Below, in pieces: positions 27,164 through 41,814 of a DNA stretch of 64,000 nt. Position 1 is the stretch's first letter; the number at the start of each line of letters is the position of its first letter. A program made the position numbers and the translations under genes. This DNA is from Octopus sinensis (lineage: Eukaryota), in NCBI RefSeq assembly GCF_006345805.1, contig NC_043010.1, positions 38,812,001-38,876,000 on the forward strand, written 5' to 3'. The notes under the pieces are model-generated. The model saw only the letters and a list, made by a program, of their open reading frames with translations, had not been told where the DNA came from and ran no database searches.

Positions 27164-27518
27164 TGTATATGTGCATGTTGATCTATATATATATATATAT
27201 ATACAGATATATATATATTTATGTATGTATGTATGTATGCTCGCATGCGCTCACATGTATATTCACACATATTCATGCATACATATATGTTTACATGTAT
27301 CTATATGTGTGTATATACACACACACACACATATATATATATACATACATAACACGTTCACACACACACATATATACATACACACATGTATATTATACAG
27401 GCAGGTATATATATATGTATATTATATATAGATAGAAGACAAATAGGTAGATAGATAATACATAGATGAATTGAGAGATAAACAGATAGATAGGACAGAT
27501 AAATAATAGATGGATATA

Positions 27519-27584
<66 letters not shown>

Positions 27585-27642
27585 TATATAGATAGATAAA
27601 TGGAGATATATATATATATCTATATAATATATATATAGATAT

Positions 27643-27676
<34 letters not shown>

Positions 27677-28213
27677 TCACCGAGAAATAGATATACATAA
27701 AACATACGTTGCGGAAGACGTGTCATCAGTCCTATTCTGTTTGAGTGACACGTTAATGCTGTGACACGTTAATGCTGTACGATGCATAAAAATCTCAGCC
27801 TCTTTTCTTTTTCCATTAAATTCGTTTCCTACACTATTATTATACAGAAGATGAGTAAAAAATAAAATCCTTCTTCCACAGCTGCATCTAATATCCAATT
27901 TATATCACCAGTATTGTAGCCTCATAGACAATAAGATGTAGAAAAAAAATGTAAAAGAACATGAAAAATTCCAGCTACGTTTTAAAGATAGAATTATATA
28001 AGGGAAAGAAAATGTAAGTAGAAAATTCCTGTAGTTTTTAAAGAACTCGGATTATTCTCGTTTGTTGTGTGATATAAAACGGCGAAGGTATCCATGAATA
28101 TACATAACACATAAAATGTATTTTATAATATATGAATATGCAGGTATATGTGCGTGTATTATATATATATATATATATATAATATATAATATGTATATAT
28201 ATATGTTATATAA

Positions 28214-28252
<39 letters not shown>

Positions 28253-28377
28253 CATTATATATACATAATATACATATATATACATATATATATATACAAT
28301 ATATATATATACATATAATACATATATAATACATATATATATATACATATATATATATATGTATATATATATGTGTG

Positions 28378-28413
<36 letters not shown>

Positions 28414-28424
28414 TACTGCAGTAA

Positions 28425-28468
<44 letters not shown>

Positions 28469-28469
28469 T

Positions 28470-31400
28470 ACTGCAGTAACAAAAACTTAAAGAAATATAG
28501 GAAGCAGAATGCGCCCCCCACGGCACAAACAAGAAATCCCCAAATATGCCGCTATTCACTGCGCCAGAGACTCTGCACAAATAGTGACTGCATCTTCACG
28601 CATCTACCCGGCACTAGACGCACTACCGGCCAAGGCCAAAGCACGCATCCCACAATAACATCAACACCACCAAATAGTAAATCGAAATTCAAAACACACA
28701 CAACTCGAGTCCCAAAATCTGCCGGTATTCCCACGTGAGAGAACATGTCTACTGAAGGACTGTCCCTTCACTCATCTTCCAGGGACCCGACGCACAAAAG
28801 AAACGGGGCCTCAAGCCAACACACAACCTGAATAACAATAAAAATAGAAACACACCATGCTGCAGTAATGCTGGTCCAGTCTTTTCAGGAAGACACAAAA
28901 ACAACAACACAAAGTGGAAACTACAACCCTATCCAACAGTGCAACCACACCTCCAGCCAAAAACTGCTCCCTAAGCAGGAAAATTCTTTTTTTAGCCATG
29001 TTGAACATGGCAAAAGAGATACACAAAAACATTCTAGCCATCACTCAACACCCATCCTATGCTATTACCCCAGTGCACCAATCCCCACATTGCTGCCACT
29101 AACACACCACAAAAATCCAAGCCCCCTGCAACAGTCAAAACAGCCACTACACTAACCTCCACATTCCTACTCAATGCACAAGGTGTCAGCCCTTCCATCA
29201 ATGCACAAAAATGGAAGGTCCAATTCATTGAAGACTGGTTGGTAACCATTCACACCACATCCCTTTCTTCCATTCTCACTGAGACCCACCTTGACAACTC
29301 CCACTTGGAAGCCGAAGTGAGAGTGAAGAATTTCACAACATCCGCGCGGATCGTATCGCCAGGAGGAAGGGTGGAACTGCCATTTTCCTGCATGATTCAT
29401 TTACGGCAGATGGAAATAGTATATTCTCCAACGGCTACTTGTGAAATCAGTCACCGTGCACAACAAAGCCAATGATCTGACAGTAATTGGACTCTATAGC
29501 CGCCCCAAACACCCATACTGTGCTTTAAAGAATGCCTCAACAGCATTAAGTGCTTTATTCAACAGTGCCATTCTAGCAACATACTCATGATGGGAGACTT
29601 CAATCTACCCTGTGTTGACTGGACTACAAACTGTTTGAAACCAAGCACTCCCGCCTCAACCGCTGACAAGAAGCAGCAGAGTCACTTTTCGACTTTACGA
29701 ATGGTTTTTTCTTGTCCCAACTTGTCCTTGCACCAACAAGACATCAGAACATTTTGGACCTAGTGTTTAGTAACCACACTAACACTATACATAACGTTAC
29801 AGTGGAAAAAACCCTTCTTTCAGACCATGACATGGTTCTCTGTAACATGAAATTCCACCAGCCGAAAGCTAATCCTAGTGACCTTCCTCCAGCCCACCCA
29901 TTTGACAAATGGATCTCCATAAAGCCAACTGGGATGCAATCAGGAACGAGCTATCAAATGTTGACTGGTCCTTTACACATACACACATCCCACCAACCAT
30001 AAAACATCTTGGCAGATCTTTGTAGACACCGTCACAGACATATGTGCAAAAACACTCCCCACCAAGACCTGTGAACAAAAAGTGCAGAATCCCCCAAAAC
30101 AGAAAAACCATTATCAGAAAAATAAAAAGAACAAACAAAAAAATAACAAAACTAAAGTACTGCCAACAGCAACACACACATTCGACAGCTATCGCACTGC
30201 TTGAATCCAAAAAATATAACCTCCAACAATGCATGAAGTCCCTCATCAATAACAAAGATCAGCTGAGGAGAAGTGGGCCATTGAAAAAATCAAACTCACC
30301 CCCAAGTGGTCTTTTCATTTGCGAGGAACGCAGGGTCACTGTCTCCACTGTAGGCCCTCTAATTGACGAAACTGGCACTCTCCAAGATAATGCCAAATCC
30401 ATGGCCGAGATACTGCAGAAACAATACTGCTTGTTTCAGCAATCCTGATATGGCCGATCTGGGCTGTATCAGTGATGTCAACCCCCAACACACTATATCG
30501 GACATAACGTTTAGTGCCCCTGATGTCTTAGCGGCGATAAACGAAATAAAACACAATTCAGCAGTAGGCCCCGATAGGTTCCCTGCTTGTGTCCTGAAGG
30601 TTTGTCGACACCAACTTGCATCTCCCCTTGCTAATCTGTGGAGAGAAACTCACTGGATGCTGGCTATATCCAAAAAACCTTCTGTCCCAGTCTGTTGTCC
30701 CAGTTTTCAAAAGGGAAACAAGTCCCTTGCAGTGAATTACCGTCCGATCTCACTCACCTCTCATATCATCAAGGTATTTGAGAGGGTGGTGAGATCTCAA
30801 ATAACCCAATTTCTGGAAAGCAACAGACGGCTGATCTCCAACCACATGGGTTCCGTAATGGAAGGGACTGCCTAACGCAGCTCCTTGCATCACTTTGAGG
30901 ACATTTTGAGAGCTTTGGGAGAGGGCTCCAACACCGATGGTCATCTACCTTGATTCAGTAAGGCCTTCGACAGGGTCGATCACAAGATCCTATTGAAAAA
31001 ACTATCCAACATTGGTGTCTCTGGAAAGTTACTGAAATGGATTAAGTGTTTCCTGACAGACAGATCTCAACATGTTGTAGTTGAAGGGGTAAAATCAAGC
31101 CCAGCCAAAGTCAGTAGTGGCGTTCCGCAAGGCACTGTGCTGGGCCCACTTCTTTTCATCATTTACATTAATGACATTAATGACATCATCAAGCACAGCA
31201 ACATAAAAATCTTTGCAGATGACTCCAAGCTAAGAAGGTCATAAATGAGGCGCTGTGACCGGACATGCCTTCAGTCAGATCTACTGGCTGTTATCCAATG
31301 GGCAGAAAAAAACAATATGCTGCTGAACGAGGATAAATTTGAGCTAATCCACTTTGGAAAAGAGGATGCCCTGAAACTCCCATACTCCCTTCCTTCAGGT

Positions 31401-32184
31401 GAAACTCTCACGGCGTCCAACAACATCAGAGACTTGGGAGTAATTGTGGACAACAACGTAAGTGGGCCACTCTATAAACACCAAAGTTGACATGGCCCGC
31501 AGAGAATGTGTTCCTGGATTCTCAGAACTTTCCAGTCGAGAGATATCCACACCATTATCCTTCTCTTCTCCACTTTTGCCCGACCCCACCTTGAATACTG
31601 TTGTCCACTGTGGTCTCCCCACACAATACAAGCGGTATCATAAAAGTCGAAGCACCTCAAAGGGCAATCACAAAAAAGATAGATGGCATGACAGGCCTCG
31701 ACTATTGGGGTCGACTAGAAAAGCTAAAACTCTATTCTCTCCAACGTCGTCGTGAGCGCTACATCATCTGCATGATGTGGAAATATTCCATCAGCATTGC
31801 CCAAATGATGTTGGCATCACCTTTAAGGTACATCCAAGGCTTGGGCCCGTGCCATCCGCCCAAAACAAAAATCGCACTCTCATCTCATAACAACAATACG
31901 GCACAATTATTTCACCTCAATTGGCCCCGCTCTCTTTAACATTACACCAAAACGCATTTAAAACAGAACTGACCTATAGGGTTCAAGAAGTCTTTGGACA
32001 GATTCCTTCAAGAAATCCCGGATAAACCCCCTACACCCGGATATGTCTCTGTAAACAATAACTCTCTACTTGAGTGGGCCATAGTGCCCAAATTCTGACT
32101 GAAAGACTTCACCAGGTGTGCTATTAAGTTAGACATGGCCTGGGCCAATAATGGCCGAAACCTATCAAGTATCAAGTATCAAAG
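28470..32184 (+). mobile_element. Near full-length CR1/L2-clade LINE (ORF1 3' part plus frameshifted APE-RT ORF2)
   Basis: CCCH finger CRYSLRQRLCTNSDCIFTH (28547-28603); APE motifs LNAQG, TETHL, MGDFN, PTR..ILDL, SDH; RT motifs YRPISLTS, GVPQGTVLGPLLF, FADD; 3' GGCC-AATAAT-GGCC stem-loop and (TATCAAG)n tail; inserted in (TA)n. Confidence 0.95.
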
Positions 32185-33850
32185 TATATATATATATATA
32201 TCTATATATATAATATATATCTATATATATATATATATTATATATATATAGATATGATATATATATTATATATATATACATATATTCACATACATGCATA
32301 TATTTATATATGTATGTGTGTATGTATGCATGTATGTATGTATGCTGTGTTAGTGATACATATAATCTGCGCCATTTTCCTCAGTATTCTTCTTTCTAAT
32401 TCCTCACTCTCTGTCTCTCTATCTCTGTCTCCCTTTTTTGTCTCTCTGTCTTTGTCTATGTGTGTGTGTATGTGTCTGTCTGTCTGTCTCTCTCTCTCCC
32501 TCTCTTCAGCTATTATTAGTTCTGTGTCTCCCTTTCCTTGCACTGAAACAAATAAAAGAAAGTAGAAGAAAGAAAGATGTACCTGGTGAGACCCAGACTG
32601 CTAAAGTGATGCAAAATAACTTGTTGAAAGGAGTCCCACCCATAAGGAACAGGATGGGTCGGAACGACCGTTGTACAAAATGAAAATTAATACCAAATCC
32701 ATCTCGTTACTTAAGAAATTATATATATACATATATACATCTTGTATATGGTTATGAATATGTGTATATGTGTGTATGTTTGTGTGTGTGTATGTATTTA
32801 TGTGTCTTTGTGTAGTTATGTGTGCATGTGTGCGCGTGTGAGTGTGTGTAGACTACGGACTAGTAAAGTGAATACATACTATAACTAAACATATCGATTG
32901 TTTTATCACATAAAATAATGTGAGCAAATAGTGTCGGAGATTGATCCACCGATTCTGACACTCCGATACTGTCCTACTCCCCACAGGTCCAATGATCAAG
33001 TAGAGGCTTCCATATTATCTAGTTTTATATGTTTGTAAGTTTTGGTAGTCGAATCGCTCGGTGTGTTTATATCTACTTCGACGTATCCCGTTGACGTTTG
33101 ATTCAGTTACGAAAGGACCCTCAGAAAGCCTGTAAGACTTTAAAAGTCAGTTTTCAGAAAAAATACGTTCTCGGCGGTAATGGTTCTCAAACAGTATTCC
33201 ATGGCATTTTGATGCATTACTTTTCACAGATGCGACGCATGCGGGATGTAGCTCTAAGACGGTTTCGTGAATATACAATTTATATATGATAAAAGTTTTT
33301 AAATGTTTTGAGCAATGTAGAAGAACAGTTAAACTATGTAAGACGATCTCAATAAATAAAGGAAAAAAACTGGGAAGGTATTTTGTTCTATTATATAGAT
33401 TCCTTAATATAATATTTCGGGAAAATTTCTCCTTATCAAATAGAACAGAGAAATAATCAAAAAGTTGTGAGAAATGTGCTGTTACTGAAAGGCCATTCTT
33501 GAGCCTTTAATATAAAAAAAAGAATTATATGAAAACGTTTATGTGAAGTACGCCGGCAATTGTTTCGTTTGGTATCCAGGGTGCTGGTAACTACTATTCA
33601 ATCATCATATAAAATGCTTGGCCTATATTTTTATTGTTTAACTGAAACTGAAGCATAAGAGATTACATCTATTTTCAGAGTAATAATTATGACATAACAC
33701 TGTATACTTTAAGTTTCTGAAAGAGAAAATTCTCTATGTAGCAACTAATGAAAAATACAGCCCTGAATGCAATTTATTTCCTTCTGTTAAAAGTATTGAC
33801 AAATGTTTCATATAATTATAAACAGAAACTTGTAACCATTTATTTTGCAG

Positions 33851-33890
<40 letters not shown>

Positions 33891-34296
33891 CACAGACACA
33901 CGCACACACACCTGTAATGGCGTTTTTGTCTCTGCGTAAAAGGTAATAGTGAGAAAGGTATAGATGTAAGAAAGTAAAGAAAAGAAAAATAATCGTATAA
34001 TAAGTGATAAATTAATAATGGATGGCTTATAAAAACATTGTTAAAGAAATGAGAGTAATGCTTAGGATTAATGGATCCAAAATTTCAATGAACAAAAATT
34101 CGATAACAATAAATAACGAAATAATGAGATTACATAATACGAAACGTTATATCTCAACGTTCACTACATTATTCCAGCTAAATTTTATTGTCATGCATTC
34201 AATATTCGAGGTGATAATAGTGCTGAATCTTATGAAGAGAATGATAACAACAACACTAGTCACAATAGCAACACAACAACAACAACAACAATAACA

Positions 34297-34335
<39 letters not shown>

Positions 34336-34358
34336 TAATAATAATAATAATAATAATA

Positions 34359-34871
34359 AGATGCGAATAGGCCAGACGTTATATTGAAAGAATTCAGACA
34401 AAAACCGTGCCTCCTTGTTGATATGCCTATCTCAATCAACATAAATGTATAAGTCAAGACCTTCCCAAAAACTGAGCATCTATAAAGATCTTGAAATAGA
34501 AATTGGCAAAATGTGGAACACCAAGACTAAAACAATACCTGTTGTCATAGGTGCCCAAGGAATGATAGCAAAATGGGCTGATTCCTATTTATCTCGGATA
34601 CCAGGAAACCACAAAATAGAAATTCAAAAGATAGTGCTCATAGGAATTGCCCATATCCTACGTTAAATACTGCCTATGTAATTTGAAATTCTAAAACAAA
34701 CTCATGGTTTTCTTATGTTTTTCTGAAACATTCTCTAGAATAACACTTTGTATAAAACCAAATATATGACACCCTAGGCATAACACGAACATGAACTCCT
34801 AACTTGTCTCTTGAGGTCTCCGGGTGAGACTTGGAGCCAACTTGTACAGATACAAAGCAAAAGTCAAACGT
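34359..34871 (+). mobile_element. R4/Dong-like non-LTR retrotransposon 3' fragment (RLE endonuclease) in (TAA)n
   Basis: NRPDVILK...CLLVD...KLSIYKDLEIEIGKMW..KT.PVVIGA...QKIVLIG.AHILR; (TAA)n on both sides. Confidence 0.85.
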
Positions 34872-34963
34872 ATAATAATAATAATAATAATAATAATACA
34901 ACAACAACATCAACAATAATAATGATGATGATGATGATAATAATAATAATAATAATAATAATC

Positions 34964-35050
34964 AATGCTCTGATGCAGTACCAGACATTGGCTCTCATGG
35001 CTCCTGATCTTAACTGTTTTGGAAGTGTTATCATGTACATTGTTTTGTCT
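34964..35050 (+). mobile_element. First ~90 bp of the ~560-bp TAA-associated element, inverted relative to its neighbours
   Basis: AATGCTCTGATGCAGTACCAG...TTGTCT is the reverse complement of the ends at ~36040-36120 and ~36660-36741. Confidence 0.85.
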
Positions 35051-35066
35051 TATTATTGTTGTTGTT

Positions 35067-36738
35067 GTTGAGTGGGAGAGCAGTGCATGCCATCAAAATG
35101 ACACTGGGGTAAAATATACGAAGCCCAGTATACCCATCATGACTACCTGTCTGATAATGGTACACTAAACATATGCATCACAAACATATGTGTGCGACAT
35201 GAGGATCTGATATCAAGATAAACAGCACATGACCTTGCAGGTGGGGCCCAGTTAGAATTTTCTTTTGGTCGTGTAGCCTATCCCGCTCAAAAGTTCCCTG
35301 AATAATGATTGTTTAAGGATGTTGAACGAACCATCCATGTTTCCAAAGGTGAATTATCCAAACCTCTAAGAATTTCAACACACGGCTAAGATACTCCCCT
35401 ACTACATCAGCTCGTGGTCAGAGAAGCACATATCGTCAGCCACTAAGGTAATGCTCAAATGGTTATGGTCAAACAACTGACAAGCAAATCTCTGGTATTG
35501 AGCAGAATATTTGCTGTAGCCCATCTTTTATATCAAGACATAACAATGCACAATTATTATTATTATTGAGTGAGAGAGCAGTTCATGTCATCAAAGTGAC
35601 ACTGGGGTAAAATATACGAAGCCCAATATACCCATCATGATTACCCGTCTGATAAAGGTACACCAGGCACATGCATCACAACCATATGTGCGCGACATGG
35701 TGATCTCATATCAAGATGAACAGCACATGACCTTGCAGGTGGGGCCCAGTTAGAATTTTCTTCAGGTTGAGTGGCCCATCCTGCTCAACGGTCCCTGAAT
35801 AAGGGTTGCTTTAGGATGTTGAACGAAACACCTATGTTTCCAGAGGTGAACCATTCAAACTCCAAAGAACCCTCTCAACACATGGCCATGATGCTCCCCC
35901 ACTACGTCTGCTCGTGATCAGAGATGCACATATCGTCAGCCACTAAGGGACATGCTCAACTGGTTATGGTCAAACAACAGACAAGCAAATCTGTGGTATT
36001 GAGCCAAATATTTGCTGTAGCCCATCTTTTATACCAAGACAAAACAATGTACATGATAACACTTCCATCAGTTAAGATCAGAAGCCATGAGAGCCAAGCC
36101 TGGTACTGCATCAGGGCATTTATTATTATTATTATATTATATTATTATTATTATTATTATTATATTATTATTATTATTATTATTGAGTGAGAGAGCAGTT
36201 CATGCCATCAAAGTGACACTGGGGTAAAATATACGAAGCCCAATATACCCATCATGACTACACGTCTGATAAGGGTACACCAGGCACATGCATCACAACC
36301 ATATGTGCGCCACATGGTGATCTCATATCAAGGTAAACAGCACATGACCTTGCAGGTGGGGCCCAGTTAGAATTTTCTTCAGGTTGAGTAGCTCATCTCG
36401 CTCAAAATGTCCCTGAATAAGGGTTGTTTAAGGATGTTGAAAGAACCACCCATGTTTCCAGAGGTGAATTATTCAAACCCCAAAGAATCCCTCTTAACAC
36501 ATGGCTATGATGCTCCCCCACTACTTCTGCTCATGATCAGAGATGCACATATCGTCATCCACTAAGGGACATGCTCAACTGGTTAAAGTCAAACAATTGA
36601 CAAGCAAATCTGTGGTATTGAGCCAAATATTTGCTGTAGCCTATCTTTTATACCAAGACAAAACAATGTACATGATAACACTTCCAATCAGTTAAGATCA
36701 GAAGCCTTGAGAGCCACTGCCTGGTACTGTATCAGGGC

Positions 36739-36741
<3 letters not shown>
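35067..36741 (-). mobile_element. Three tandem copies of a ~560-bp non-coding TAA-associated element
   Basis: Copies ~35067-35550, 35566-36121 and 36183-36741, separated by (TTA)n. Strand given relative to the (TAA)n-reading strand. Confidence 0.9.
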
Positions 36742-36792
<51 letters not shown>

Positions 36793-37336
36793 GTTTTTTC
36801 CTTCTTCAAATTTTCTTCCGTTTCTCGCCGAGTGTTTTCCATACACCTAGGGCAGAGAAGGGCACTGAATGCATTCTGAGATTACACGCGCAGATTCACA
36901 GATAAAATATGTATTTAAAAATTAATAAATAAATAAATTCATGGATGGATGTTATTTTCACAACGATAGTGCTCTTCTCAGTACATGAGCCGTTCCAGTT
37001 AGTACGATTTTTTGCACTTCCTGTAGGGATGGTAAGCCTGGAATCATTTTCAAATAGGTTTCAGTACCTATTAGTTCTGTGTCTCCCTTTCCTAGAGATC
37101 CTACAATCACTGGTACTGTAGTCGTCTTGAGATGCCACATTTTTTCAATTTCCATTAGCAGGTCTTTATATTTACTAATCTTGTCAAATTCTTTCGCCGC
37201 TATATTGTGATCACAGGTAATACTCATGTCAATTAATAAACACATCCTTTTTGTCTGATCTTTTATAATGATATCCGGTTTATTGACTTTTATAGTCCTG
37301 TCGGTCTGCACGGGGTAGTCCCATAGAATCGGGACT
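36793..37336 (-). mobile_element. R4/Dong-like RLE 3' fragment in (TTA)n
   Basis: ILWDYPVQTDRTIKVNKPDIIIKD...LIDMS...KISKYKDL..EIEKMW...PVIVGSLG...QKIVLTGTAHVLRRAL. Confidence 0.9.
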
Positions 37337-37371
37337 TATTATTACTATTATTATTATTATTATTATTATTA

Positions 37372-37419
<48 letters not shown>

Positions 37420-37466
37420 CATTATTTTTATCATCATCAACATCATCATCAACATCATCATCATCA

Positions 37467-37513
<47 letters not shown>

Positions 37514-37604
37514 TTATATTATATTATTATCATTATATTATTATTATTATTATATTATTATATTATTATATTATATGTTATTATTATTATTATTCAGTAG
37601 TATT

Positions 37605-37791
37605 ATTTTTATAGTGTGCTTTCACTTCACTACGAGCGCTTCTCTGTGTGCCTTGAGTATGTGCTTTGTTTTGCTGTGATGCTTTTATGGTTACTGTATT
37701 TTGTGTAGGATGTGTGCAGTGCCCAGTAGTGCAATTTTCTGTATGTTGTATACATTTGTAAGTCCGGTGTTTTTGTTATGTATTTGTCTGA

Positions 37792-37793
<2 letters not shown>
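37605..37793 (-). mobile_element. Short R4/Dong-like extreme 3' fragment in (TTA)n
   Basis: IQKIALLGTAHILHK plus 3' UTR. Confidence 0.75.
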
Positions 37794-37858
<65 letters not shown>

Positions 37859-38957
37859 ATAATTATTATTATTATCATTGTTGTTGTTGTTGTTGTTGTT
37901 ACTGTTTATTTCTAGCTGAGTATTTTTTCGAGTCACATTTGTTTAAGAAAAATCTGGAATCACATTACGAATCGAATCGGCTGTCTTCTCTTTTTTTTTT
38001 TGCATCATATTGCCTGAATGAATTACAGAATCGGAATTTGATTTCCCCCCACTTCTTTCAGGAAAATAAAACATTTAGTCTTAAAAACAAATTTATTCAA
38101 ATTCTTTCATTAACTAATAATTCACTACCCTTTTTGTTTCACAGGAATAGAGAATGAAGGACTCGCTATAGTGTTGGTAGCACCAGTATAAACAGATAAC
38201 CTTCAGTTAACAATTTAAAATATCGCGAAAAAATATTTGCAAAATCTAAAATAACTCCCCAAAACACAGAAAGATAACAATACCACGCAGTCCCGGAGAA
38301 AGTAATATTTACATTGTGACAGAAAACGGTGGCCATATTGATTTAAATATTGCCATCGGGAAAATGTAAATAATAGCAACAACACCGGCAAATACAACAA
38401 AATGTTATTGACTTTAAATGTTAATGTCCTGAAAAGTAAAACTGCAAGCGTTGTTTGTGGAAGAAAATTTCCAGACATGCGATCCTGTTGGAGTAAAAAA
38501 AATAAGAGTAATAGAACAATCCTTAAAATGGTAGAGTTGTGTCACAAAAGTTGGTCTCCTCTTGCCTGAGGAATTTGTACAAGAACGAATCAGAAGAAAA
38601 TTGACCAAACAATTTCACTATTGTGTTATAAGAGCAACTGGGAGAAGACCTTCAAGTGTACAGAAGAGTGCCCTATTAAGAGTCAGGGGGGTGGGATCCC
38701 ACGGGTTTATAGCGAAGAGGACAAGCAAAGTGAGGCAAAGAGTTAAGCACAGAAAACATGCAACTTCATATAAACTCATACGACTTAAATGAGGCATCGT
38801 TAATAGCGCTGACAGCGTAACACTTTGATATGTTTGTAGTATAATGTGGACAGGCAATGAGTGTAGTGTTCCTGAAAAATTACACATGGTCAAGAGGATT
38901 CGCTATGGAATGAGCCCTGAAATGTAGTGGGTGATTACAGAGCCGAGCCCTGTCCAG

Positions 38958-39285
38958 GATGGATTGGTTTGGTTTGGCTTCATGCTCTTGTTCGATGGAG
39001 GTTGTGGATCATTCCAAATTAGTGATCTCGAAGGCATCATCATTCGTAGATGATTCTTCATTGCTGGTGGTCCCGTGCCAGTCCCTCTGCACACTCCAAA
39101 GTTATGTCGAGCCTCCGGAGTTCTTCCCCAATCACATCCAGTCATCGGGTGTGACGCCTGCGATGAAACCACTTCCTGCCCACAGTTGCTGCGTAGAGTG
39201 AGAGTAAATCTCTGGTAGGATGATCAAGTGGGAGACGCAGAACATGTCCGTACCAGCTAATCGTAGTGGTAGTCCTTGACTGTGT
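38958..39285 (-). mobile_element. RTE-clade LINE 3' fragment
   Basis: Minus-strand translation ISWYGHVLRL...TR*LDVIGEELRRL...LARDHQQ*R (TGG>TGA stops at the conserved Trp positions); (CCAAA)n tail. Confidence 0.75.
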
Positions 39286-39629
39286 TCTCTGCGACGCCTG
39301 TAGGAGCATAAACAAAGAAAATAGTCTACTTCCCGTGTGTGAGAAGAAAACGGGTGGATAACAAATGATTACTCACCCGTGATCAGGATACAGGAATGAA
39401 AACAATAATATCTGGCGGTATATGGCAGTTGGCGTAGCTGTTACATTTATGAGAGTAAGATTCGCTAAAGGGCGTACAGTTCCGATGGATTACGAAAGTA
39501 GAGAAAGAATAAAAGTATCTAATAGTAACCGAAAAATCAACAAAGTGTATGCTCCGGAGATCGCTGTTCCAAAAGCACTGGACGCGATTCATCTGCTGTT
39601 TATAACTGGCCTTGTCATTAGGATAGGAA

Positions 39630-40340
39630 GTCGGGGATGAGACTATTAGTTAATTGATCTTGGCAGAATTTGAACCCAGAACATAAAAAGCTAGCTGAAA
39701 TGCCAAAAGGTATTTTCTCTGACAATTTTACAATTCTTATTTCTTTACTGCCCTCAAGGGGCTACACACACAAGGGAAAAACAAGGACAGACAAACAAAT
39801 TAAGTCAATTATATCGACCCCAGTGCTTAACTGGTACTTATTTCATCGACCCAGAAAGGATGAAAGGCAAAGCGGACCTCGGCGGAATTTGAACTCAGAA
39901 CATAGCAGCAGACGGAATACTTATTTCATTATTACCCACAAGGGGCTAAACACAGAGAGGACAAACAACGACAGACAAACGGATTAAATCGATTATATCG
40001 CCCCCAGTGCGTAACTGGTACTTATTTAATCGACCCTGAAAGGATGAAAAGCAAAGTCGACCTCGGCATAATTTAAACTCAGAATGTAACGGCAGACGAA
40101 ATACCTATTTCTTTACTACCCACAAGCGGCTAAACACAGTAAGGACAAACAAGGACAGACAAAGGGATTAAGTCGATTATATCGACCCCAGTGCGTAACT
40201 GGTACTTATTTAATCGACCCCGAAAGGATGAAAGACAAAGTCGACCTCGGCGGAATTTGAACTCAGAACGTAGTGGCAGACGGAAAACCGCTAAGCATTC
40301 CGCCCGGCACGCTAACATTTCTGACAGCTCGCCGCCTTAA
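39630..40340 (-). mobile_element. Tandem multimer of SINE family B
   Basis: One headed unit (right) followed by ~180-bp headless units joined at ...GAAATAG|GTATTTCGTC. Confidence 0.85.
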
Positions 40341-41814
40341 CAATTCTGTTAATTCAGTATCTTTCACGTTTGTAATAATCTTGATCTGGGCATCATGTCC
40401 CCATTTTCAATGAAGTAGGTAACTTGTCAATTCCATCGGCCCCAGTACTTCACTGGTGTACACTTTATGGACAATACGTTGCTTCACAACGATAGGATTT
40501 GAACTCAAAACTAAAAAAAAAAAGGAAAACGAAGAAACGGATTGTATGCTGCAAAGCAGTTTCCACCGGTGCTGCAAGGATCTTGCCAATTCTAAACCCT
40601 TTACGCTTTGTAATAACAACAGAAGAACTGGCAGGGGTTTTTCTTATCTGGATTCAGCATTCCATCAAAAAGCAATAAGTTTACTCAATAGGATGTGTGT
40701 GTGTGCGTGTATGTGTGCATGTATGTATATATGTGTATATCTGAACATATGTGTGTATGCATTTTATATATGCACATACGCGTGTATATATATATAAGCG
40801 TATATATATATATATATGTATGTATATATATATATACGTATATATATATACGTATATATATATGTATATGTATATACGTATATATGCATATAAATTTATA
40901 TGTTTATACGTATATAAGTGTGTATCTGTGAGTGTGTGATGTGTGCATGTGTGTATGTATGTATATGTCTGTGCGTGTGTGAGTGTATTTTATACATGCA
41001 CATACACATGTGTATATATATATATATGAGCACGCATGCATATATATATATATATACATATATATACGTATATATATATATGTGTGTGTGTGCATGTGTG
41101 TATGTATGTGTGCGTGTGTGTATGTATGTGTATGTGTGCGTGTGTGCGTGTGTGCGTGTGTAACTTCGGGGCTGTTGCTCGATGATAAGGCGAAACAAAT
41201 ATAATAATAAAATGGAGGTGAGAATATCATAAGAACAGAAGGAATGAAGTCTTAAAAAATAACACTAAACGAGATGAACAGCATTCAAAGAAGTCAATTC
41301 AGGCGTAAGTTTTATATTGAGATATTATGCAGTGTTGCTGCAGTGGAATAGAAAACAAAATGAATAAAATTGTTGGACCCAAAAGTGTTAGTCTGCTTGT
41401 TTCTTTAATTGTCCTTGTGTAATTGCCCCTTTTCTTAGGATTCTTTTCATTGTTGTATTGTTATAACCCAGTAAACATTCTAAGGCAAACGAGTGTAAAC
41501 GGACGGACTAAGGTTTCTACGATTAGCAATTTCCTGCTGTATAAGACCTGATTGATTCCTTCTTTGAAGTGAATTCTAATATTTTATGGTGTTCCTATCA
41601 TTTAGAAATATTCTTAAATGATGGACTTCTTTCCGCCTTCCTTATGACCATTTTTTTTACCTTTTCTGTTTTGTGTATATCTTTTGCGCCTCATCAGCAT
41701 GCAATACACATAGATATAAACATTCCAAACCCATTTAGAAAACATATTACATTTTGATCTGCAAGGTAGATTCATTCCTAATCTGACATTTCTTCTGTTA
41801 TTATTACAAGCACA

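Noticed and set aside
39630-40340. Regularly spaced repeats as a CRISPR-like array
   Set aside because: The units are whole SINE bodies without unique spacers, in a eukaryotic context.
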